A program made the translations under genes and the position numbers. A stretch of DNA of 64,000 bases from Candidatus Latescibacterota bacterium. Lineage in GTDB: Bacteria; Latescibacterota; UBA2968. Numbering within the stretch: the first letter of the stretch is position 1; each line of letters begins with the position of its first letter. The notes under the pieces are model-generated. The model worked only from the letters and a program-made list of their open reading frames with translations. It did not search any database and was not told where the DNA came from. Location: contig OZ241986.1 in assembly GCA_965204375.1 (NCBI GenBank), forward strand, positions 2,144,001 through 2,208,000, written 5' to 3'. Of the stretch, positions 37,214 through 46,914 are shown in pieces.

Positions 37214-38002
37214 CTAACGATTCAGGCGCCTTTTCCATTCATCGCCATCAAATTGCGGGTGATACACTTCGCTGAAAAACCGGCCGTGTTCTGGCGAAAG
37301 TGAATCGAGCATCTCGTCGGTAAACCCGGGTTTGTGATGGCGCACATTGATATGATTATAGGCATAAAACAGAGCCATCCGCGGCACAGCCTGTGTCCAA
37401 ACACAAGACGTATGGCGCACAGCCTCGGAAAAAACCAGCAGAGAACCCGGCGGACACCCATACGTATCCCACACCCCCGAATTGGGATCGTCGAACAAAG
37501 GCAATTTTTTTCTATAATTGGACTTGTGGCTCCCCGGAATAAACGCCGTCCCCCCTTTCCCTTTCTCCACGCCATTTAATTCCCAAACCACCCTCGTCAT
37601 CCCGGAATAAATCCGCCCATCGTGATATTGATAGCTATAATTGGGATTCACGGACTTACCCCCGGCATGCGGCGTCCATCCCCTGTGGTTATCTCCTTTG
37701 AAGCGATAAGACAAAAACGCACCTTCCAGGCGAATCTTCTCCGTCTCATCGTCGATAACCGTATGTAACACCCGCATAATCGCCGGATGATCGATCAATA
37801 CCGACGCGGGACCACCTGGCAAACAACGCGCTTCGGGTGGCAGTGAATCTCTATCGGTACGCAATTTCTCACACTGCGCCTTAATCGGCGCCATCTCATC
37901 CTCGCTCAAGACAGCCGGAAAAAGAATATACCCTTTCAGGTCAAACAGCACGGTCTCTTTCTCCGTCAAAATCGGCGTCCATTCTTTTACCGAAATACCC
38001 AT
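37214..38002 (-). CDS. PhyH-type Fe(II)/2OG oxygenase, HxG variant
   Basis: FDLKGY, PHAGG, IPGSHK, FSEAVRH. Confidence 0.85.
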   Translation of the reverse strand: MGISVKEWTPILTEKETVLFDLKGYILFPAVLSEDEMAPIKAQCEKLRTDRDSLPPEARCLPGGPASVLIDHPAIMRVLHTVIDDETEKIRLEGAFLSYRFKGDNHRGWTPHAGGKSVNPNYSYQYHDGRIYSGMTRVVWELNGVEKGKGGTAFIPGSHKSNYRKKLPLFDDPNSGVWDTYGCPPGSLLVFSEAVRHTSCVWTQAVPRMALFYAYNHINVRHHKPGFTDEMLDSLSPEHGRFFSEVYHPQFDGDEWKRRLNR

Positions 38003-38018
38003 CGCAAAACCTCCTGCT

Positions 38019-39326
38019 TTAATTCTTTTCTATCCACCACATCTCCCGATGCTTTTCAGCCAACACCTTGAGTTCTTGCGCCACCTCGGGATACTCGTCA
38101 ATCACATTGGTCGTCTCGTAGGGATCGTTTTCCATATCAAAAAGCGACAACCCGATATGCGCGGTCTCATATCGCCCTGGCTTTCCGTCATTACCAGCTT
38201 CCACAAGCGTGCGATAATCGTGTGGCAAATGCAACTTCCACTTGCCATCCCCACTGACCACCCCATCGAAATTCCGCCCGGTTGACACCGGATAATACAC
38301 ATGCGAATTGGTCGCCTCTGGCTGGCACGTCACAATATCCCAAACATCGACCCCATCAATCGTATAATCCGGCAAATCCGCCCCTGCCAACTTTGCAAAC
38401 GTCGGCAAAAAATCCACCGAACAAAATGCCTGATGCGATATCTCCCCCGCAGGAATGCCATTGGGATAATGCATCACACACGCCGAGCGCGTACCCCCGT
38501 CAAAACCCGTCCCCTTAGCCTCGCGATAAGGCGTCTTCCCCGCGTGATTGCCATAAGAAATCCAGGGACCATTATCCGACGTAAAAACCACAACCGTATC
38601 ATCCGCCACGCCTGCTTCTTCAAGCGCGTTCATAATCTCACCCACCGACCAATCGATCTCCATCATCACATCGGCATACAAACCCTCCCCCGATTTGCCC
38701 TTAAACTTATCGCTACAAAACAGCGGCACATGTGGCATACTGTGGGGCACATACAGGAAAAACGGCTCATCGGCATGACGCGCGATAAAATCGACCGCAT
38801 GCTCCGTGTACCATGTCGTCAGCATCTTCTGCTGCTCTGGCGACACATCGTCAATAACGACCTCCCCATTTTTCCAGAACTGCAATTCCATCGTATCAAA
38901 ATGCCTGCTCTGCGGATGGTATTTCCACATATCATTGGAATACATCAAACCCGACGACTCGTCAAAACCCCGAGCGGGCGGGCGCGTATCCTCGTGATCG
39001 CCAATATGCCACTTGCCAAACACCCCTGTTGCATAACCCACGGGCTTGAGCACCTCGGCAATCGTGGCAAAACTCGGATCCAGCCCTCGCGCCCGGGGCG
39101 GAATCGCGCCATAAACCTTATGCCTGCCCGGATAACATCCCGTCAATAATGACGCCCGCGACGCCGAACAAACCGCCTGAGGCACGTAAAACTGGTGATA
39201 ACAACACCCGCCTGATGCCAATTTTTCCACATTGGGCGTCGGATACGCCGTCTCTCCAAATGGCCGAAAATCCGCCCATCCGGAATCATCTAAAAAAATC
39301 ACCACAAAATTTGGTCTTCGGTTCAA
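38019..39326 (-). CDS. Cys-type sulfatase (arylsulfatase A-like)
   Basis: PNFVVIFLDD, CSASR, GKWHIG, PHVP, SDNGPW. Confidence 0.92.
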   Translation of the reverse strand: MNRRPNFVVIFLDDSGWADFRPFGETAYPTPNVEKLASGGCCYHQFYVPQAVCSASRASLLTGCYPGRHKVYGAIPPRARGLDPSFATIAEVLKPVGYATGVFGKWHIGDHEDTRPPARGFDESSGLMYSNDMWKYHPQSRHFDTMELQFWKNGEVVIDDVSPEQQKMLTTWYTEHAVDFIARHADEPFFLYVPHSMPHVPLFCSDKFKGKSGEGLYADVMMEIDWSVGEIMNALEEAGVADDTVVVFTSDNGPWISYGNHAGKTPYREAKGTGFDGGTRSACVMHYPNGIPAGEISHQAFCSVDFLPTFAKLAGADLPDYTIDGVDVWDIVTCQPEATNSHVYYPVSTGRNFDGVVSGDGKWKLHLPHDYRTLVEAGNDGKPGRYETAHIGLSLFDMENDPYETTNVIDEYPEVAQELKVLAEKHREMWWIEKN

Positions 39327-39445
39327 GATAAAATCCTCCTTAAAAGCTGTTTTGCAGCATGCATTGTTCTTGACGACAACCCCCTACTGCCCGATTATTA
39401 TAAAGGCTCACCCCGCTTTATCAGTCAATCTCTATGGAGTTTTCA

Positions 39446-40348
39446 ATGGCAGCTATCTCCAAAGAAGCCACCTCTCGCGTAACCAAAGACGACGTGGCTT
39501 TTTACCGCGAAAATGGATACCTGGTAATCCCCGATGCACTCACCCCCGAAGAAGTCCAAACCCTGCGCGACGAAACCACCGCTCTGTGCCGTGGGGAACG
39601 CGGTGACATAGGCAATTTGCCCGCCATCTCGCCCGACGACACCGACGACGACGTCATCAAACGCATCCTGTGTATCCACCACATACACAGAATCTCACCC
39701 ATCATGTACGACGCGCTATCCCATCCCGTAATGGTCGATGGCCTCACAAGCGTCATCGGACCCAATGTCAAATGCATGCAATCGATGCTCTTCATCAAAA
39801 GCGCGGGAAAACCCGGACAAGCATGGCATCAGGATGAAATCTACATCCCCACCCGCGACCGGTCGCTCACGGGCGGCTGGTTTGCCCTTGACGATGCCAC
39901 CGTTGAAAACGGCTGCTTGTGGGTCATTCCCGGCTCGCACAAACGCGGCATATTGTGGCCCCAACACGTACAGCACGACAAGCGCTTTGACTGCGCCCAT
40001 GAAACCTTCCGATTTCCCTACACAGATGACGACGCCATCCCCGTTGAAGTCAAAACAGGCGCGCTCGTCTTCTTTCACGGCTACTTACTCCATCGCTCGT
40101 TTCCCAACCGCGCCAAATCCGGCTTCCGCCGCGTGCTCGTCAACCACTACATGAGCGCGGAATCCCTCCTCCCCTGGCGCAATTTGAAACCCGGCGAACG
40201 CATGGCAACCGCAGACATGCGGGAAATCATCATGATCGCAGGCGAAGATCCCTATGCGTACAAAGGCACCAAAATAACGGGAAAACCGAATGTGCGCACG
40301 GCTGGCGATGGGGGATGCGGTGACGGCAGACAAGATTTACGATCATAA
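39446..40348 (+). CDS. PhyH family Fe(II)/2OG dioxygenase
   Basis: FYRENGY, WHQD, ENGCL.VIPGSH, LLHRS..N. Confidence 0.93.
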   Translation: MAAISKEATSRVTKDDVAFYRENGYLVIPDALTPEEVQTLRDETTALCRGERGDIGNLPAISPDDTDDDVIKRILCIHHIHRISPIMYDALSHPVMVDGLTSVIGPNVKCMQSMLFIKSAGKPGQAWHQDEIYIPTRDRSLTGGWFALDDATVENGCLWVIPGSHKRGILWPQHVQHDKRFDCAHETFRFPYTDDDAIPVEVKTGALVFFHGYLLHRSFPNRAKSGFRRVLVNHYMSAESLLPWRNLKPGERMATADMREIIMIAGEDPYAYKGTKITGKPNVRTAGDGGCGDGRQDLRS

Positions 40349-40353
40349 AACTC

Positions 40354-41769
40354 TCACTGATACTGATCGCCCGGCGCGGGCAAGTACGTTTTCGCAATCT
40401 CCGGATCAGCCTCTGTATCCTCAATCAGTTTCAGAAGTGCCCTGTGCAAACGCCTTGCTTCATCGGGATGCTCGGCAATCACATTATTTTTCTGATCGGA
40501 ATCTCCCGGCATATAAAACAACTCATCCACGCGGCGCTCTGGCATATTGCGGCAATCGTAGCGCTCAGTGCGAATTGGTTTGGGACCTTTGTATTTGAGA
40601 TCTTTATTCGGCCAATACACCAGCGTCCATGTGCCATCGGTTATCGTAGCGGGAACAGTGCCCCAGCTATCATTCAAATTGCGTCCGCTAATTGCAAACT
40701 CCCGGTGCTGCACTGTCTTACCCGACAAAACATCGGCAAATGCTTCCCCCTGCACGCCATCGGGCACATCCAATCCCGCCAGACTGCAAAGCGTTGGAAA
40801 CACATCCACCGGCTGCACCAGACTATCCACCTGCTTTCCCGCCATCGCCTCATCCGGATGATACACCATAAACGGAATATGAATCATCGGATCGTAAAGC
40901 TGCCCCCAATCTCCCCAGGGCTTGCCCTGCAAACCGTGGTCGCCAAAATAGTGCCCGTGATCTGCCATCAGCAAAAAAACCGTATTCTCCTTTAAACCCA
41001 GCACATCCATCGTATCCCATAACATCCCCAACCACCGATCCGTCATCGTCACCTCAGCCGCGTACAGTGCGCGTACGTGATTGAGTTCCTCATCCGTCAT
41101 GTAATTGCTAAACCCATAACACGGATAAATAAGTTCATCGCCTTCATAACCCGGATCGTACATATCCACATAATACTGCGGCGGATCCCACGGCTCGTGC
41201 GGATCCCAAGAATCGATCCACAGAAAAAACCCATCCTTCACATAATTCCGCTCCAGCCAGTGCATCGCCTCGGTAAACACGCGAGGACCCAGGTAGTCCG
41301 ACTCAAACAACCGCCCGCGCTGATTCGCCAGATAGCGAATCACCCCAGATTTTACTTTATCCTCACTGGCAGGCCATTTGATCTCCTCCAATGCATCGCT
41401 AATCCACGGCTCACCCCCCTGCCCGCGAATCCAGGAAATAGAACCAAATCCGCGATCCAGAAAATTGCCCTGGGTCATAAACATCGGCGTATCAAAAACC
41501 AGTCCGGTTGTGTATCCCGCACGCCGAAAGCGCTCGGCCATCGTGGGCAAATTCTGTTCCATTTTATCCCATGTATTAAACGGATGCCCCCAACGTCCCG
41601 TAAACAAATCGCGGCGACACGGCAGGGTTGGAAACGACCCCGAAAAAGCCTTTGAAAACACCAGAGATTCACGCGCGATGCGATCCATATTCGGCGTCCT
41701 TGCCCGGTCACCATAAGCACCCACGTGATCTGCCCGCAACGAATCCAGCATCACACAAATAACATTCAT
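40354..41769 (-). CDS. Sulfatase-like / alkaline-phosphatase-superfamily hydrolase with Thr at the nucleophile position
   Basis: True start MNVICVMLDSLRADH; TLPCR in place of CxPxR; DPHEPW, ADHG. Confidence 0.85.
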   Translation of the reverse strand: MNVICVMLDSLRADHVGAYGDRARTPNMDRIARESLVFSKAFSGSFPTLPCRRDLFTGRWGHPFNTWDKMEQNLPTMAERFRRAGYTTGLVFDTPMFMTQGNFLDRGFGSISWIRGQGGEPWISDALEEIKWPASEDKVKSGVIRYLANQRGRLFESDYLGPRVFTEAMHWLERNYVKDGFFLWIDSWDPHEPWDPPQYYVDMYDPGYEGDELIYPCYGFSNYMTDEELNHVRALYAAEVTMTDRWLGMLWDTMDVLGLKENTVFLLMADHGHYFGDHGLQGKPWGDWGQLYDPMIHIPFMVYHPDEAMAGKQVDSLVQPVDVFPTLCSLAGLDVPDGVQGEAFADVLSGKTVQHREFAISGRNLNDSWGTVPATITDGTWTLVYWPNKDLKYKGPKPIRTERYDCRNMPERRVDELFYMPGDSDQKNNVIAEHPDEARRLHRALLKLIEDTEADPEIAKTYLPAPGDQYQ

Positions 41770-41785
41770 ATATTTCTCCTCATCT

Positions 41786-42769
41786 TTAAAGATGCCCAAC
41801 TCCTCGCAACACAGCCTCTTGAACCACCAACTCGTGTTCGTATGATCGATCCGGCGCGCACTCACCTCGAATAGCCAGTAAAAACGCCTCCAATTCCAGA
41901 TCGTACAAATCCTGCCGAGATTGCTGCGCCACATCGACAAATTGAACACCCTCCTCATACCCATCGCGCGCCTCGTCCAAACACAGACGGATTTTCTCCG
42001 CAGGCTCCATCGGCTCCATAATCGCACTGCCCTTTGTGCCATACACCTCAAATCGACGTGCATTGGGCCGCGGCTCCAGTGCCGCAATATCGACAATGGC
42101 AATCGCCCGCTCAAATTCAAAAATACCCACCCCATTATCCGTAAATCCCTCGACCTCGCGCATATCGTTGCGCAAAAATGGCGTCACGCGCTCGGGCCTT
42201 CCCAAAAGGTGGACAATCTGATCGAGCTGATGCCCGCACAAATCGAAAAACACCCCGCCCTGGTGCACTGTGACTCTTTCTTTTTGCGGTTTTCCCAAAA
42301 ACGTGGACATATGCGCCCGAACCGCAAACACATCGCCCAAAAAACCCGAATGCACCCACTCTCCAATCTTGCAATACCCATCGTGATACCGAAACATGTA
42401 TCCCATCTGAATCAACAAATTCCCCTCCCGCGCCCGTGCGATAATCCGCTGCCACTGATCCCAATTCTCACCAGCGGGCTTGTCGTACCACGCGTGCTTT
42501 CCCGCCCGAACAATGGCCTCTGTCTGATCCAGACTCTCGACATTTGCACCCTCTGATGCAATAGCCACAATTTCATCATCGTCCAGCATCTCCGCTTCCG
42601 ATTCAAACCAATAAACGCCTTCATAACCCCCCGATTGCGCCATCTCCTCGCGGCGTCTCTCATCGGGTTCGAACACACCAACCACCTCCACCTCTGCATT
42701 GGTTTGCATCGACCGCAATTTGCCGGCTGCGTGACCGTGTTTTGTACCGTATTGCGCCATTTTAATCAT
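41786..42769 (-). CDS. Gfo/Idh/MocA family oxidoreductase
   Basis: HGHA, DKP, GYMFRY, GG..FDL.GH. Confidence 0.88.
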   Translation of the reverse strand: MIKMAQYGTKHGHAAGKLRSMQTNAEVEVVGVFEPDERRREEMAQSGGYEGVYWFESEAEMLDDDEIVAIASEGANVESLDQTEAIVRAGKHAWYDKPAGENWDQWQRIIARAREGNLLIQMGYMFRYHDGYCKIGEWVHSGFLGDVFAVRAHMSTFLGKPQKERVTVHQGGVFFDLCGHQLDQIVHLLGRPERVTPFLRNDMREVEGFTDNGVGIFEFERAIAIVDIAALEPRPNARRFEVYGTKGSAIMEPMEPAEKIRLCLDEARDGYEEGVQFVDVAQQSRQDLYDLELEAFLLAIRGECAPDRSYEHELVVQEAVLRGVGHL

Positions 42770-42780
42770 TTTTCATTCTC

Positions 42781-43617
42781 CTAAATGTCAACAAACTCTC
42801 GTTGTGCCCGTTCCTCTTCCGCCACATCCAGAATGCGTCGAATCAACAAACTCTCCAGACGCGGAATATTTGCCTTACCACTTTCAAAAAGCTCCATAAT
42901 CGCCTCAGTAGAACGCGGGAAAATCACCGCCCGATCCACCTCCATATACCGCGTCTCCTCCGTCGTCGTCACAACAGCAGCCTGCGGCGTCCTGTGCTTC
43001 TCATTCAGATTGATCACCGCCGTTCGGTTGCCCGTAAAATCGATCAAAATCTGATTGTACTTTCCCTTACTCCGACGCATCAGCCGTTTGGCACCCGTGC
43101 CCATACAACTCACCACAATCTCTGTCGGATGAATCCCATATTCATCAAAAGACCGCCCACTCTGCCAGACAACCATGTGTTTCACCTTGCGGGGACCGAC
43201 TTCTCGCACAAAATCCTGCACATTGCTATACCGCAGTGCAGACGAAGTCTGTATCGGAACGCGGTACTTATCGGCAAGTGCGAATATCTGTTGCGCCGTA
43301 TCGAGATCGGGCGCAAAAGTCTTATCCACATAAGTAGCCTTGCCAAATGGAAAAATCGCCTCACACATTGCCAGATGGCGCTCCGGAGTCCTCGGCGCCA
43401 GAACAAGATAATAATCGACCGCATCGTTCAAAGCCTGCACATCCGGGAAATACGGCACCCCATTTTCCACTGCCCATGCAAGGCTGGATTTCTGGCGAAT
43501 ACCCGTACAGCCCGTCACTTCAAATCCCCGGTCCTTCAAATCATTCCTGAACGCACTCAAATACACATTTGCGTGAAAATTATTCAGATCGAGATCGTAA
43601 AAACCGACGCGTTTCAA
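42781..43617 (-). CDS. Gfo/Idh/MocA-like oxidoreductase
   Basis: YVDKTFAPD, SSALRY, YGIH; TTG start after AGGAG. Confidence 0.7.
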   Translation of the reverse strand: MKRVGFYDLDLNNFHANVYLSAFRNDLKDRGFEVTGCTGIRQKSSLAWAVENGVPYFPDVQALNDAVDYYLVLAPRTPERHLAMCEAIFPFGKATYVDKTFAPDLDTAQQIFALADKYRVPIQTSSALRYSNVQDFVREVGPRKVKHMVVWQSGRSFDEYGIHPTEIVVSCMGTGAKRLMRRSKGKYNQILIDFTGNRTAVINLNEKHRTPQAAVVTTTEETRYMEVDRAVIFPRSTEAIMELFESGKANIPRLESLLIRRILDVAEEERAQREFVDI

Positions 43618-43651
43618 GCGGCGCACTCCTTTCAAAATAGGTGACAGTAGA

Positions 43652-45157
43652 TTACCTCAACCCCAGCCGTTCATACTGTTCTGGAGGCGCATCACATGCT
43701 TTCATCCCCTGAATCAACAGATCCACCATTCGTTTTTCAACCTCCGGATCCTCCAGTGGCTTTTCCTGTTTTGGATCCTGTTCCAGATCATATAATAAGG
43801 TCCCAAAATCATGGATTCTCAACAACCTGGGACTAAAACCCTTGCTATCCCGACCGGTGTGAATCTTCAGCACCTCACACCCTTTGGTAAAACTAAGCGG
43901 TTCGGAAAGCGCCATCTTGCTCACCAATTCCTCTGGCGCAAAATGAGATCGGATGTGGGTTGGCATCAACGTATATTCAAACAAAGGCTGATTTTCCCGA
44001 TCTGCCGATGCCCGCATATACACATACCGCCCATCCGTCACATTGCCCTGATGCCCGTGCATCCCAAAAACCGCTGCCTCTCGCACCGCCATATCGTTGC
44101 TCACCGCATCGCCAAGAGGTTTGCCAAGCATATCCACTGTCGGTTCCAAACCAAAAAAGTCCAGCAATGTCGGTCCCAGATCAATCGACGGCTGTACCAA
44201 TGCCTCTCGCCGTTCCCCTTTCTTACCACACCGCGGATCCCATACAAAAAATGGTGTATGAGCCACCTCCTCATAAAAGGGCATCCACATCTTGGCCCAG
44301 CAATCGTGCTCACTCAGCAAAAACCCGTGATCGGTCCACACCACCAGCAACGTATCTTCCCACATCTCCAATTCATCCATCAAATCCAGCACATCGCCCA
44401 GCTTGGCATCGCACATCGACAGCAACGAAGCATATTCAAACCGCATATGCTCAATTTGCTCCCGCGTCTCTTTCACCGGTTCATAGCTCGGCCAATCGTG
44501 CAACGGACCGTCGTAATCTCGATAATGTTCGGCGTAGAGATCCTTAAACTTGCGCTGGGAAAAAAACGGCTCGTGGGGATCAAACGTTTCAATCTGCAAA
44601 AACCAATTGTCTTCCGTGTGATTCCGCCGAATAAAATCAATCCCCGCCTCAAACGTCTTCGACTGGGGTTGATCTTCTTCCCGCCGCATAAACTGCCGAT
44701 TAATCAAATCCTGCCGGGACAGGTCATCTTCACCCGAATTTCGCCCATACGTATTTTCTGTAGAAGGATCTGCCACCTGCCCTTTCCACAAGTCCCCTTC
44801 CTGTCCCCTGAAAAATTGCCAGGTACTATACTGGGTGTGATACGTACACCCACCATCTTCCCAATAATGCTGATGATCGCTCACCAGATGGCTCGAAACA
44901 CCATGCTCCTTTAACATGCGAGGCACCGAATCGTCAAACGGCTCCAGCGGGCCCCACGAACGATGCAAAAAATTGGGCCGCCCCGTATGAAAATCTCGCC
45001 TGGCCGGCATACACGGCATCGAGCACACATAAGACCTGTCAAACGTCACTGTCCGCTCTGATAGTCGTTTAAAATTTGGCGTATGCGTCCAATCACACCC
45101 ATAGGGCGACAACAGATGTCGATTTAGTGAATCAAACATCACCACAACTGCCTTCAT
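43652..45157 (-). CDS. Cys-type sulfatase
   Basis: DSLNR, CMPAR, FDPHEPF, TDHG. Confidence 0.92.
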   Translation of the reverse strand: MKAVVVMFDSLNRHLLSPYGCDWTHTPNFKRLSERTVTFDRSYVCSMPCMPARRDFHTGRPNFLHRSWGPLEPFDDSVPRMLKEHGVSSHLVSDHQHYWEDGGCTYHTQYSTWQFFRGQEGDLWKGQVADPSTENTYGRNSGEDDLSRQDLINRQFMRREEDQPQSKTFEAGIDFIRRNHTEDNWFLQIETFDPHEPFFSQRKFKDLYAEHYRDYDGPLHDWPSYEPVKETREQIEHMRFEYASLLSMCDAKLGDVLDLMDELEMWEDTLLVVWTDHGFLLSEHDCWAKMWMPFYEEVAHTPFFVWDPRCGKKGERREALVQPSIDLGPTLLDFFGLEPTVDMLGKPLGDAVSNDMAVREAAVFGMHGHQGNVTDGRYVYMRASADRENQPLFEYTLMPTHIRSHFAPEELVSKMALSEPLSFTKGCEVLKIHTGRDSKGFSPRLLRIHDFGTLLYDLEQDPKQEKPLEDPEVEKRMVDLLIQGMKACDAPPEQYERLGLR

Positions 45158-45173
45158 ATCTCCTCCTATTTGA

Positions 45174-45992
45174 TCAAATCCCCACTTCTAACCGATGGGT
45201 TGTATCCACCACCGGATCATCTCCCTCAATAAACCGCGCCATCGTATTGTGTGTCGCTGGTCGAGTTTTGAAATCCGCAATCCACGGCTGCCTGAAATAA
45301 GCCTGTTTTTCACGGGGCAAATTTTCCAGCACCACCGGTGGAATATTCAACCGGTGCCAGTGCGTCGCCAAATGCGAATACGCGTGCAAAATCGTCACCC
45401 GGGGCGTATCCCGTTGCCACACAGGACCTGCATGACATACATTCTCCGTAAAAAATAATGCACTACCCGGCGGGCACTCATACGTCATCAAAAATGGACT
45501 GCGCTCCCCCTCCTTCAACGACAAATGCGCCTTGTGCATTGGGAAATTGGCCTTGTGGCTGCCCACAATAAAATGGGTGCCGCCATCCCCTTTGTTCACC
45601 CCCGACAGTTCAAAAATCACCCGAACCATCCCCGCATGGATGCGCCCATTTTGAACCCGATACCCAAAAATCGGATCGATCTGCCCCCGCGCCCCTCCGT
45701 GCAATTCGCCATGTGATTGGCCCTTCTTTCTCCAAACACACCCGGCTGCCTCCAGCCGAATCTCAGGCCCGATAATCTCGTGCAAAACATCGATCACCTT
45801 TGGATGATCGATCAACACACTCGCCGGTCCACCGGGAACGGCGCGATGTTCGGGAGGCAAAGATTCGGGATTGTGCTTAATCCGATCAATCTGATCTACA
45901 ATCGCCGCCACTTCATCTTTCGATAAAATCGCCGGTCGAACCATAAACCCCGTCAAATCAAATCTAAATCTCTCCTCTTCGGTCAAACCCAT
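45174..45992 (-). CDS. PhyH-type Fe(II)/2OG oxygenase, HxG variant
   Basis: Start MGLTEEERFRFDLTG; LHGG, VGSHK, FTENVCH; paralog of 37214-38002. Confidence 0.85.
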   Translation of the reverse strand: MGLTEEERFRFDLTGFMVRPAILSKDEVAAIVDQIDRIKHNPESLPPEHRAVPGGPASVLIDHPKVIDVLHEIIGPEIRLEAAGCVWRKKGQSHGELHGGARGQIDPIFGYRVQNGRIHAGMVRVIFELSGVNKGDGGTHFIVGSHKANFPMHKAHLSLKEGERSPFLMTYECPPGSALFFTENVCHAGPVWQRDTPRVTILHAYSHLATHWHRLNIPPVVLENLPREKQAYFRQPWIADFKTRPATHNTMARFIEGDDPVVDTTHRLEVGI

Positions 45993-46174
45993 AGCGGATT
46001 CCTTTCTCACAAGAGCAATCTGTTTTGATATATCACCATTAGAATATAACGCTATCCAACCGAAGTCAAACGCGATAACTCTGCCTTGACTTCCCAATTT
46101 CAAATCCCTAACATGCGTGCTTCGGATGCAGATCATCACCGACCCCAATTTTAGCCCCGCCTTTCGAATGTGAT

Positions 46175-46903
46175 ATGCCTGATATCCTGCGTATAAACAT
46201 GTGGAGCGGTCCCCGCAATGTCTCAACCGCCCTCATGTACTCATTCGCCCAGCGACCAGACACCCGCGTAATCGACGAACCCCTCTACGGCCATTATCTG
46301 CGCGTGTCTTCTGCCAAACACCCGGGCGCAAGCGAAGTCATAGCCGCCATGGAATGCAATGGCGAAAACGTCATACGCGATATCATCCTCGGTCCCTGTG
46401 ATCGCCCCGTTCTCTTTATGAAACAGATGGCTCATCACCTCGTCGAAATCAGCCGCGACTTTTTTGCACATACCCACAATGTCCTGCTCACGCGCGACCC
46501 CGTTGACATGCTGCCCTCACTCGTCAACCAGCTCAAAATCCCCACCCTGCGCGACACGGGCTACAAAATGCAAGCCCAGCTTCTGCGCGAGTTTCACGCC
46601 ATAGGTCAAAAATTTCCCGTGCTCGATTCCCGAGAACTCCTCAAAAATCCACGGCATGTCCTCACAAAACTCTGCGAAGCCCTGAACATACCCTTTGAAC
46701 CCGCAATGCTCACCTGGAAAGCCGAGCCTCGCCCCGAAGACGGAATATGGGCGAAACACTGGTATCACAACGTCCACAAATCCACTGGCTTTCAACCCTA
46801 TCGTCCCAAAACCGAACCCTTTCCCGATCGCTTGCGACCGCTCCTCAGAGAATGTCAACCCTATTACGACCAGCTTTATGCTCATGCCATCAAAGCTGAA
46901 TAA
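46175..46903 (+). CDS. Sulfotransferase-like P-loop protein
   Basis: WSGPRNVSTALMYSF, DEP.Y, KQMAHH, LTRDP, W...WY..V..STGF. Confidence 0.78.
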   Translation: MPDILRINMWSGPRNVSTALMYSFAQRPDTRVIDEPLYGHYLRVSSAKHPGASEVIAAMECNGENVIRDIILGPCDRPVLFMKQMAHHLVEISRDFFAHTHNVLLTRDPVDMLPSLVNQLKIPTLRDTGYKMQAQLLREFHAIGQKFPVLDSRELLKNPRHVLTKLCEALNIPFEPAMLTWKAEPRPEDGIWAKHWYHNVHKSTGFQPYRPKTEPFPDRLRPLLRECQPYYDQLYAHAIKAE

Positions 46904-46914
46904 ACGGAGAACCC

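Noticed and set aside
41770-42135. N-terminal extension of the 593-aa ORF suggesting a fusion
   Set aside because: Overlaps the Gfo/Idh/MocA gene in another frame; the real start with RBS is at 41769
45993-46226. N-terminal extensions of PhyH ORFs (also 50334-50624)
   Set aside because: They run through divergent promoter regions or into opposite genes; homology begins at the internal starts
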